Shown here piece after piece: positions 26,846 through 36,831 of a stretch of 64,000 nucleotides of DNA. The stretch is from Tubulanus polymorphus. Its lineage: Eukaryota; Animalia; Nemertea. Each line of letters opens with the position of its first letter. The stretch's first letter is position 1. The notes below the pieces were generated by a model, which saw only the letters and a list, made by a program, of their open reading frames with translations, ran no database searches and was not told the origin of the DNA. The stretch lies in contig NC_134032.1 of assembly GCF_964204645.1 (NCBI RefSeq), positions 4,178,175 to 4,242,174 of the forward strand, given 5' to 3'. A program made the translations under genes and the position numbers.

Positions 26846-29435
26846 ATGCCAAATCGTTGTGTTTGCTTTGGGTGCGATTATTCGGATAGGGGTATATTTC
26901 TTTTTCCGAAGAATCCTGTTCTTCGAGAAAAATGGGCTTCTTTTGTAGGTTTAAAGCGATTGAATTGGAGCGGCCCAACGTCGAATAGCGTCGTGTGTTA
27001 CCGGCATTTTACCAACGATGATTTCGTTAATAAAATGCAGTATGATTTCACAATTTGCAAAGAGGTAAGTTTCATTCAGTCATCTTAACATTTATTCGAG
27101 ACATGGTTTGAGAATAATTATTGTATGGGCTTGAAAATCACTGTTAAAAGGGTCGCATTTTCAAGTCCAATTCAAATCAATAAAATTTATTTTTTGCACG
27201 CGCGGTATCCAATTCATAATTTTTTATGTCAAAATGCCGTTTAACTTTTGTTTGCTAAGCGTGATTGTAAAACCATGCCTTCTAGGTCAGCTTACATCGT
27301 GTGACAATAGAAACATCTTTTCATTGAACTACTACTATAGGCCACAGTGCATTGGCCATCGTACAATAGGCTTTTATTGTCATTGTGAGTGCCTTACTTC
27401 ACTCACTAACTACAATAACAAAATGAATATTTCACGAGCCTTGTGAATTAACGGTTGCCTTTTGCTTGAAATAGATTGTTGCTGAAACAAGGAGCCGTGC
27501 CATCGATCCACACTGTGATAGAAACCCCTGAATCTACATCTCAACCAGAGGATTTCTTCTCGCCACCACGAAAGCCTGGACGAAAAGTGTTTGAGAAGAG
27601 GGAGAGACGGCGAGTCATTGCTGAGACTGAGAGCCAGGTTTTGCATAATCTTCAACCAAATTTGGTTGAAGATTATGCAAAACCTGGTGAAGATGACGGC
27701 GGGGAAGTGTATGCGGAACCCGGTATCAAATCAGAGTTCGAGGCGACAAGAGAATTTGCTGTGCAGGCTGAACCGGATTGTAAATCTCGAGGTAGGATTT
27801 TCATGATGGTATGGTGTATCATTGTCATTCAGTTTTGAATATATCACTGTAATCATTGAATTTCATGTTATTTAATGATAATTTTTTCTAGGGATGCAAA
27901 CGCTGAAAGAAACTGCACAGGTGAAGACCAAAATTGTGTACCGCATCAAACCTAAGATTATCTACAGAACGCCATTTAAGGCTCAGCGTTCAGTTGGAAT
28001 CCAGGAAAATGCATTGAGTGAGTATTCTTTATTCAGTCTATATCGTATTATGGTACGGCTTGTATTATGGGGTTTTTTATGATATCATCTATTCTCCCTA
28101 TCTATTTAATCCTACTACTGTGATTGGTCTGTTTTAGCCCGAAACATTGGTATTCAATGTAAGCGACCTGCTGAAGAACTTACAAATACCTCAAAAGCCA
28201 TTTGTATTGGAGAAGAATCAGATTTAGGGAGTGACAGTGAAGATGATGACTATCATCCAGATTCGGCAGAAGAGTCAGAGATGGACAGTGACTCTGAGGA
28301 TGATTCTGAAGGCAGAGTTATGTTTGAAGAAATGAGGTTAGTAAAGTATAATATTTTAATCATGAATGAACGTTGTTAAAAGTAAGTTCAAAAATTCTTT
28401 GTGTAGAATTTACATATCACTCACGGAATCAAAAATGAGACGAAATACTAATTTTTCATTTCAAGGTATAACTAAGAAACTAGAAATAATGTCAAGGAAA
28501 AAGGAATGTGAAGAAATCAAGGATTGGATAAAGTCAATAAAATGTCATTTGTACTGGTGCGCTGCATCATCATCACCCAGGGATAAAGAAGGCATCAGTA
28601 AAAAATGGTCATCAGCAGTCAAACACATCCAAGACAATCATGAAGACTGCAGCCATGAACCCATAACATCAGAAAAGAAATGGCTTTATCCAGGTAAGAT
28701 ATTATCTATTGCAACTACTGAATCAGAAATTATATCTAATTTCATGTGATGAAACATTTGATGTACTATTTACAGGATCTTTGGTTGGTGATTCTATGCA
28801 AAAATATCTGACGAATACACGGGTTATAAATAAAGTGAAGATGATGTCACCATACGGCCAGACCAGTAAACTGGAGTGTCTTCACAGTTTATTCAATCAT
28901 TTTGCCCCGAAGATGATTCAGTTTTCTTACAATGGAATGACAAGCAGGTAAGCAAAGTATATAACAATTGAGTGATTTCTATTTTTTCATACATATGTCC
29001 CTGCTAAGACTTATATCAATGTCTTATGTCTTCTCTTAGGTTACAAATAGCTGCCCTACATTTCAATGAGAATAGTGACAGAATACAAGGCACAAAGATT
29101 GATGGGACAAAAAAATATAGCATTGTCTATCCAAAATACAAGGACACCCACACATTACGAAAACTACTCACTGATGCCACTTATGGTGAATATTAAAGTC
29201 ATTAACTAAACTTATGTAAATAATTCATTACCAAACACATTGTTGGCTAACAGTGTTTTTTATTTCAGAATATGTCGACATTTGCTGGAACAAGATACTC
29301 GAGGACGTGGAAGAAGCAGATAGGCCGAGGAAAATAATCACAGTACCACCAAATCTCACATCAAACAAAGAAAAAATCACCAAAGAGGAAGCCATCGCAA
29401 TGCACAGGACAAGATTCAAAAAAACTAATAGATGA
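26846..29435 (+). pseudogene. Kolobok THAP-domain transposase, spliced, catalytic core missing
   Basis: THAP domain (MPNRCVCFGC..FP..W..VC..HF..AVPSI). C-terminal exons read WIKSIKCHLYWCAASS, QTSKLECLHSLFNHFAPK and RLQIAALHFNEN. The exon 1/2 phases mismatch and no central DDE exons are present. Confidence 0.8.
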
Positions 29436-30125
29436 TTGAATGGTAAGTCTCTTGACATTTGTATTGAAGGTATAATTTCATTTAAAATTGTAATACATGC
29501 ACATGAAAACATGACAATTATATTGATTTTCTTAAAAAATACATTCTTTTTAGGTCTGCGGAAAAAATGATGACCCGAAGTGATGATTTAATTCGAAAAA
29601 TAATGTACGAAGAAATATATTTGAAATTTGGCAGTTCAAGATACCGAGTGCGTTTTATTTCAACATCAGGAATCATGATATATCTTGTATTCGTTTTATA
29701 ATTCAACCTAAAATATTTTTCATGTCTTTTTCAGGTGATAAAGACAAAATATCTACATTTGCATGGGAAGATTAATGGTGAAACTACAAGTCTAAGTGAA
29801 AGTTGTAGACACCAGTTCACTCAATAAATGATCTGTAGAAAATTGATAGGAAACTGAAAATAAAATTATTGATCTGCTTAAGCATAACAAAACTGCTCCT
29901 TACTTGAACAATTAATTGCGATCAGATGTTTAAATTAGAACTCAATGGATTGAAAGCAAAACGTTTTATACATTATAAATATGCAATAAAATTTATATTT
30001 TATATCTAAGCGATGTCATTGTTTTATTAAAATATCTGTAAGAAAAGCACAAGTTAAGAAGAATATATAAACATCGTTAGAATTTTTAAGTTGAATTCTT
30101 CTATTTTAATTCATTATGGTCCATC

Positions 30126-30744
30126 TGTGACAGTGGTATTATTGAGTTTCAACAGCAGTCTCAATTCATAGGCAGTGCTGCCATCTTCTAACGATATCAT
30201 AAACTATTCCGCATTCATTATCCAACTCATTCAACAGTGCCATCTTTCGTGATAAAACTTTCGAACTTTGTTCCAGCGTCAGCTTTCATATAACTTTTTG
30301 TACTGAGATTGAACCTTAGGAAAATTACGACTAATGCGCGTCAGTTGCTCGTAAGTATTTGCTTCTGCGAGCAACGACTGCCGCTGAAGAACATAATTCA
30401 AAGTTAATGTTACATTTTTCTGGGAAGCTGTCACGTATAATGTCCTTTTGTAATTATTTCGGTTGAATAATGATATTTTTATGGGCAACGCTGTTGCGCT
30501 AACGACAAATTAACGGGCTTTGGCAATGTCGTTCGCTAATGAGATGGGTTGGAGAATTGACTATATATACTGGGGTTTTTTGGACCGTGGGGGAGACCGC
30601 TAGAAATTTTTAGATCGTTGAGATCAGTTCGTGAAATAAAAGTAATTTTGAAGACAGGAACTCTGTGTGTTGCGACTCGTTTATTCTTGGACGTTTGTTA
30701 ACATTCTATCACTCAAGTGGAATTCAAAGATCCCGATAGTGACA
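30126..30744 (+). repeat. Ty3/gypsy 5' LTR (start at 30126, or alternatively at TGTCAC 30429)
   Basis: TGT...ACA ends, a TATA-like TATATATA near 30562, AATAAA near 30635, and a PBS immediately after. Confidence 0.75.
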
Positions 30745-30746
30745 AA

Positions 30747-30756
30747 TGGTGGAGAA
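30747..30756 (+). promoter_or_regulatory. Primer-binding site, tRNA-Ala-like
   Basis: TGGTGGAGAA lies two bases after the LTR-terminal CA and is complementary to the tRNA-Ala 3' end (..TTCTCCACCA). Confidence 0.75.
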
Positions 30757-31039
30757 CCTGGCGGGCATTTTACTTGAGTGAGGTATCGAGCTATTTAACA
30801 AAACCAACGGAAACAAAGATAATTCACTGGAACAATACACGAAGTAGGAACTCGAGAAACGCACGGAAAATGGATTTTGGTAAATATTGAACAATACTTG
30901 TTATTTAATTTTGATTTCGTCGTGTGCGTAGAACAATTTTCTGTGGATAGACCGAATATTTTGCTGTCTCCTCCGGTCTATCGTACATTTAATTGACTTA
31001 ATATTGAAGAACCTAGAAATTATTTGATTGAATTTGTGT

Positions 31040-32005
31040 ATGCCGGTCGAAACGAGGTCTGGAATGGACCGCGCTTTGGCAGATAGACTAGCTGAAATGA
31101 CAGCCAAAATTGACGATAAGCCAATGGGCATGACTCGTCTACAACCGCCACAGTTTACCGGTACGGTAAGCGAAGACGCTAATATTTGGTGGCGGCGGTT
31201 CACCCAATATTCTACTTTCATGGGCTGGACCAATGAGAAGAAACTTAAAGCAGTGGGGCTGTTTTTAGATGGACTTGCTTCGGCTTGGTATTGGACCGTG
31301 GTCGAGGCAAGCAAGTCAAAAGACGCAACCGTTAAGACAACGGCGAATAGTATCTTATCAGATATTGACAACTTTGAAAGGGAATTCAAAAAGAAATTCG
31401 ATTCTGGATCAATGAAATGGGTGCGTGAGCAAAGTTTAATGAACAGAAAACAATTACCGGGGGAATCGTTGGACGTCTATCTTCAAGACATCCAAATACG
31501 TTCGGCGGCTCTTGAAAAGAACGATCATGATTTAATGGTCCTATTTATCAATGGCTTGGCGGACAATTTGAGAGCGTTTGTCGTATCTAGATCACCAACA
31601 ACTATGGACGAAGCCGAACAATACGCGCGCTTGTATGAATCCGTGTTGGCGCTGCAGGCGAAACCGCCTCCAATTGCCGGCATCATATCATCCACTGAGA
31701 ACCGAAATGAAATTTCGGATCTCAGGGATGAAATCAGGAATTTAAGCCGGGAAGTCTCGAGACTTCAGGTACAGGTCCGGAGGCAGGATAATAACCTGCC
31801 GCCACGAAACTTCAGATCTGCTTCCGGATCTGTAGTTTGTGGTAGATGCAATCGAGTTGGGCATCACGAACGTAATTGTTTTAGGCAGAACGGTAGTTAT
31901 CGGCCGGATAGACGGTTTAATAATTCTAACAATAATTTCGGTAATCGTTCCAACGATAATCCTAATAGATTCAGGCCGGGAAACAACCCCAGGCCCGGAT
32001 TTTAG
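31040..32005 (+). CDS. gag: Ty3/gypsy Gag (capsid, coiled coil, CCHC knuckle), intact, 321 aa
   Basis: PPQFTG..SED...W..RF, L.GLA..WY, RKQLPGESLDVY, FINGL...LR, and the knuckle CGRCNRVGHHERNC. Confidence 0.93.
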   Translation: MPVETRSGMDRALADRLAEMTAKIDDKPMGMTRLQPPQFTGTVSEDANIWWRRFTQYSTFMGWTNEKKLKAVGLFLDGLASAWYWTVVEASKSKDATVKTTANSILSDIDNFEREFKKKFDSGSMKWVREQSLMNRKQLPGESLDVYLQDIQIRSAALEKNDHDLMVLFINGLADNLRAFVVSRSPTTMDEAEQYARLYESVLALQAKPPPIAGIISSTENRNEISDLRDEIRNLSREVSRLQVQVRRQDNNLPPRNFRSASGSVVCGRCNRVGHHERNCFRQNGSYRPDRRFNNSNNNFGNRSNDNPNRFRPGNNPRPGF

Positions 32006-32021
32006 GGGATGATTCCGAGCC
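31978..32021 (+). promoter_or_regulatory. -1 programmed ribosomal frameshift signal
   Basis: In-frame slippery heptamer G GGA AAC (31978-31984), a 7-nt spacer, then stem GGCCCGGA (31992-31999) / TCCGAGCC (32014-32021). Confidence 0.7.
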
Positions 32022-32135
32022 AAAACATTCGTTTACAAAAGGTTGCCTAATATATTCATCAGAGATTTTACTGTTTTAATTCCTGCTTTGTTTCTCGTGT
32101 TGTTGTTCCTATTCTTTGTACGTGAGTCTGTCACG

Positions 32136-32608
32136 ATGTCGTTAATCGTTCATCTTCCACGCGTGAATGGAGAATTCGAGGCAGGCATAGCAGCCGGCGT
32201 CGATCCCCGTCTCGCCGACACTGACAAGCTCCCGATACATAACGCTGGAGATCACCAGGAAGCAAAGTCCATCGCCTGTGCATGGCTCTACCACAAGTAT
32301 CGAGCATCAGCAAGCGATGAGGTACTTGCAGTTTTGATGGGAGGAGTCATAGGTGGTCTGGACCTAGGGCTTTTCTCTAATGCGGATGGAGACGTGCTTG
32401 TGTCCAACCATGCTACTATATCGGCAACCGCACCAGAGCTGGAGACGTTTGTTAAGGATAAAGTTAGCATGGACGCTGTCCGTAAAGGAGTTACTTTGGC
32501 CATAGCTACAAAGGCAACTTGGTGGGCCATGAACCACCACACAGGCCAGGGCCGAGCGCAGGGCTACGCGAGAAAAGTGATGAGCACCTTTTTTGGAGAA
32601 TCCAACGT
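32136..32608 (+). CDS. Endogenous viral element: qinvirus-like nucleoprotein, 3'-truncated
   Basis: ATG at 32136, with sequence visibly more GC-rich than the host. The motif ATKATWWAMNHHTGQG..QGYARKV resembles my recollection of Qinviridae segment-2 proteins. The ORF is cut by the inverted terminal repeat and reads through to a stop at 32891. Confidence 0.65.
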
Positions 32609-32664
32609 AGATGGCAGCACTGCCTATGAATTGAGACTGCTGTTGAAACTCAATAATACCACTG

Positions 32665-33611
32665 TCACACATCAATCGACACATTACGAAATCCTTTATA
32701 TACATGGTCCTCCTCATAACCGTCCTCAGGGAAATGTGCGCGGATGCACGAAACGACACAAGCAGGCAAAATTCTCCTATTTTCCTTGCCCAAATATCCC
32801 CAACACCACCGAACAAATGATCTGTATGCTACATGTCTTAATTTCGCATTTGCTGGCCCTTCAAAACTTTTCCGTCCGTACTGCCGTTTAAATTCGGTCC
32901 ACATCAGCTGCAGGACCCAAGGGTTCAAACAGATCGAAGCGAAAGCTGCTGTGTCCGTCATGCAGGTCTCTTCATTTTGTCCGGACTCCTCCCAAACCCA
33001 TTCCAGTCTTCTTTTCACGACATCAATCTCCATACAGCACACACACTCTTGCTCCGTCTCTAAGATCTGACAGTGTCCACATTGGCACCTAAAAAGATTA
33101 TCCATAAAAATATTTTTAAGGTATGGATATAGGTATCTACTTGTTGTAAGCCTATGCTGATGCAATGCAGTGCAAGAATAGTCCAGCAGTGCCAGCACAA
33201 CGACGTTGAATCGCACTGAGCTTTTGAAACGAACATGATAAGATTCTCTCAACTTCGCCAACAAAGCTCAAAAACCCATAATTAAATCTACGGCTTAATG
33301 AATCTTAAAATATATATTTTTAAGTTAATTGTTATATGAACATACCACTGATTCAGATTATCCAGCTCCAAACGGTTTATTCGGCCTTCGTCGTCGTCTC
33401 CCTCTGCCTCCGGTCTGGGTCCATCGCCGTTTCGCTTCGGTTCTGCCTCTGGTTCGTATAAATACGGCCCGATCATTAATTCCTCTTCGTCACTTGTTTC
33501 CTGCCATTCAAAATCACTAAGCGATTTATCTGAATTTGATGCCGAAGTGGCATTAAATTCAGATGAATCGCTCCCATTGTCCGATTCTCTATTCATTTCT
33601 ATAGACGCCAT
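32665..33611 (-). CDS. Kolobok accessory protein KolX (P2X7 C-terminal ballast-like), two exons
   Basis: Exons 33611-33346 and 33088-32670. Motifs: PYLYEP, WCQCGHC...ECVCC.E, F..ICLN, LRHVAYRSFVRWCWGYLGK.NRRILPACVVSCIRAHFP, YKGF. The native end (GP*) lies at 30114-30121, beyond the insertion. Confidence 0.88.
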
Positions 33612-34877
33612 TATTGAGTCGCTGCCTTTAATGACGTAGTTCTATAAATAGCCCGCAGTACACGTGTTTTTCCGGAACGATGTAAACAAAACGAGGCGCG
33701 CGAAAATCAAAATCATCAAATATCATTATAAATTGAAATTTTTTCCGATCTTTCAAATTGTCAATCTCAATAGTATACTATAATGAATCATTTTATTCCA
33801 AAAGTAGAAAATTCTTGAAAAAGTGTCAGTTACCCTTTAATTTGTCCCTTGTTCAATGACATGCGCGCAGCGCACGTTATACCTTAAAATTGGACCGAGT
33901 CATTTAAAACTCTGCCAACTTGTAAATTCTACAGGAAGAACACTTTTAGATCGATTGTTATACTGCCATCTTGTTGAAAGCAATTTTCGCGAATTTGTAC
34001 TTTTTGCTCGACGCAAATTATTTTTTTTTGTGCAATAGAATATGAATAAATGAATGAACCGCAAATATTTCAGCTTTTCAACATCGATGGTTTTGCGTCA
34101 CCGTTTCCATCGTTTGCTATTCAGAGGTAACACTTTTCATCGTCGAATATATTTGTATAGGGACAGGGTGGACCTATCCAAGGTTTTTGATTACTGCTTA
34201 GCTGCGGAAGGGCACCTTTGTCATAGAAAATTTTGGGGCTCTGAGAGGCAATCTGAATCAATTTGGGGCATCATATCCCTTGTCTGCATCCACTAAATAT
34301 GACATTTTGACATGTTAAAGACAAATCATTGATAAAAAAAGAAGTTTACCCATTTTCGACTGTTCACATTTGTAATTTTAAAATCTATTCTACCTGAACT
34401 TCAAAAATAAAAGGACACTTCTTATCTTCAATCATGAGTACCGTTCAAGCGGTAGTAGCGGTAGGCTGGATCCGTCACTGAGGTATTATCCCCGACCCTT
34501 GACTCCCATTCAGTCTGTTACTTGACGAATTTTGTTTTGTAATGCTAAGATTTCATATGGGGAAGTACCCGGTGTAGGTTATGATTCTTGCGAGAAAAGT
34601 GATCGCTGATGACATCTATATCAACTGCTGCTAATAAAGCGAATTCATCCTGTCAAATCAGAATTGATTTTGCTCTTTGCTGGCCGCGTGTCATTCGATC
34701 GAATCAGATTTGCACAGCAGGATAAATTTTACGATTTGTTAAAAACGACGGACAAGAAAATACTGTCCCTGATTTTCTATTATTATTACTAGTACGGTAT
34801 TTCTATTCTATTATTACTAGTATTTCTACTTATGCATACAAATCTATATAGTTCTATCTATTTGATTCACTTGTATT

Positions 34878-34925
34878 TCATCTGATGAGGGGATATGATC
34901 TCGAAAACGTTCGTGTTTAATAAAC
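34878..34925 (+). ncRNA. Penelope-type minimal hammerhead-like motif
   Basis: CTGATGA-GGGGATATGATCTC-GAAA-ACGT-TC followed by AATAAA. Stem I is only 3 bp. Confidence 0.45.
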
Positions 34926-35726
34926 CATTTTTACTCATTAGAAAATGAGGTTTTCAACGTTACCGCTTTTATGGTTGTTCGGATACTTGAACTCTTTACC
35001 CATGATCAATTTTCTAATACCGCGTGAGTATCAGTTTCACTTTGAGTTTTGACCATTCGGATCAGTTTTACAAGTTGAGCTTTTCATGTTTTCCATTTGA
35101 CAACCGTAAACCTTTGTAAGTACCTAATAACCCAGATCACGACGAACTAAGACGCACTTAAATATCCCTCCAGGTGATATGAGTCAATACTGAGATATTG
35201 AATTCGGTTTCTAATGACTATTGAAAATATGATCATCACGTAGTTATAATTGTTGTCTCACTCGGCTGAGATTCTAACAGATGGTTTATATGGATCTTTA
35301 ATCAATTAAAACACCGAATATTAATGCAATCATCAGCGCACAGGGCGCGGATGATTAGTCAGAAGTCCCGCGGTATTCGATGAGAGAGGAGATCAGTTAG
35401 GAGACCGAAAGCAAGTCTAACTTATCAAATTTCGGAGCCGCCACGCATCCAGACTGTTGTAGCTATAATGAAATCAAACTCAACGATTGATTTTCTCATA
35501 AAAGGTGCGTCAATTTTTTCCACTGTAAAAACCGTTATTTATGGTGGATGGCATGTAAAAAAAAATGTTTACGTTTGCTGGTTTTTGTTCTCACCCGAGC
35601 ATTCAAAACTTTTTGGATTTCTCACACGAGAATTTGAAGATAATGTGGTTTTCTCGCGCGAGCTTTCGAAACTGCGTTTTCTAAAAAAGAAAACATAAAC
35701 GTTTTGTAATTTAGTAAATGATATCA

Positions 35727-36655
35727 TTTTTTGACGCCTTATAAAACGTTACCATTATGAAACCTAAACAATGATAACCATTCAGCGTCATTTTACAAAC
35801 GACAACCGTAAATCGATGTGCAAAACGTCACAGGTTTATGTGTACACATACAAGCTATTTGGCAAAATATTATTGATACAGATGTAGAATGGCTCCCTGG
35901 GATTATATAATGACCTCTATTTGAACGTCGAAATGTTATATCGTATTGAATATCATGAGAAGACGTATTGTAATAGTAAAGGATGTATGATTATATCAGG
36001 GGCGGCAGGGATAAATAGAAATGATAAGTTAATCGGATTATTCGGTTAAATGGCGGATGTATACACGATTTGGAAGTCTGATATAAAAGTCAGACCCTGA
36101 CATGGGGATGCTAGTGGAATGACGAAGCTATCTACGATCTGAGTTGGGCCGGCGTGAATTTCATCGGCGGCTACAAGCGGTCTATATAAAAACGTGTAAA
36201 CATATAATTTCAATATTCAAATGTTTTAGAAAATATGTTCGATATAAGACGAATGCAGGTTTCATGAGATTAGCAATTTATAATAGCATAGCTGTCATAT
36301 ACGGCTCCGCATCCACTGATGGCATGTGTATAAGGTGACAATTAAATTCAATACTTTATTGATCCTTATTACATTGAAATTCCGGGATAAAATTCCAAAA
36401 ATCAATACATTTACAAATTTTAAAATAAGGAAATACAAGACACACGGGTAATTCATACAGAATAACATGAATAAGTTAATTATATGACAATGTCTACTTC
36501 AACCCAGACTCAAGTCTAGGATATCAAGTGACAGCCAGACCGGGCCCCAGGACCGGGCTGGCTGGCTACACGATATGCTCAAAGTCATGATGAAGCAGAC
36601 ATCAGAAGAGCTCTTTCTTCAACCATGGAGGCAATGAAGTTTCAGACCAGCTTAG
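35727..36655 (+). repeat. Dispersed repeat related to 1-611
   Basis: Contains both blocks found at 1-445 (direct) and 444-611 (inverted). Confidence 0.85.
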
Positions 36656-36831
36656 AAGCAAAAGTGAATCGAAGTCACAAGTTGACAATTTTTTGTTGTT
36701 GATTAGACCAGTCGAAAACTGTATCATCTACCCAATCGCCAAATCTCATAATTCCCGAAATTTCTTAAAACTTCGTTTTCAAATTTGCAATTCCACATTA
36801 GCTTATACCAGAAATTCTACATTTTTCCGCA

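Larger units (their letters stand above)
30126..32669 (+). mobile_element. Chimeric LTR-gag / viral-nucleoprotein-like insertion with inverted 61-bp termini
   Basis: Perfect inverted repeat 30126-30186 / 32609-32669 (TGTGACAG...CTGTCACA). CATC is duplicated at 30122-30125 and 32670-32673. Confidence 0.92.
26563..33836 (+). mobile_element. Kolobok-superfamily DNA transposon (non-autonomous, both ends intact)
   Basis: TTAA at 26559-26562 and 33837-33840 flanks 19-bp TIRs (AGGGTAACTGACACTTTTT / AAAAAGTGTCAGTTACCCT). Convergent THAP-transposase and KolX genes lie inside. Confidence 0.92.

Noticed and set aside
32043-32891. 282-aa ORF as one genuine protein with an N-terminal membrane segment
   Set aside because: It is composite: a UTR-like pyrimidine tract before ATG 32136, the N-like core, then read-through into the inverted repeat and antisense KolX.
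32665-33264. Host P2X7 receptor gene
   Set aside because: Only the Cys-rich ballast-like domain is present, inside Kolobok TIRs, and there are no channel exons. The first ~58 residues of this ORF are intron.
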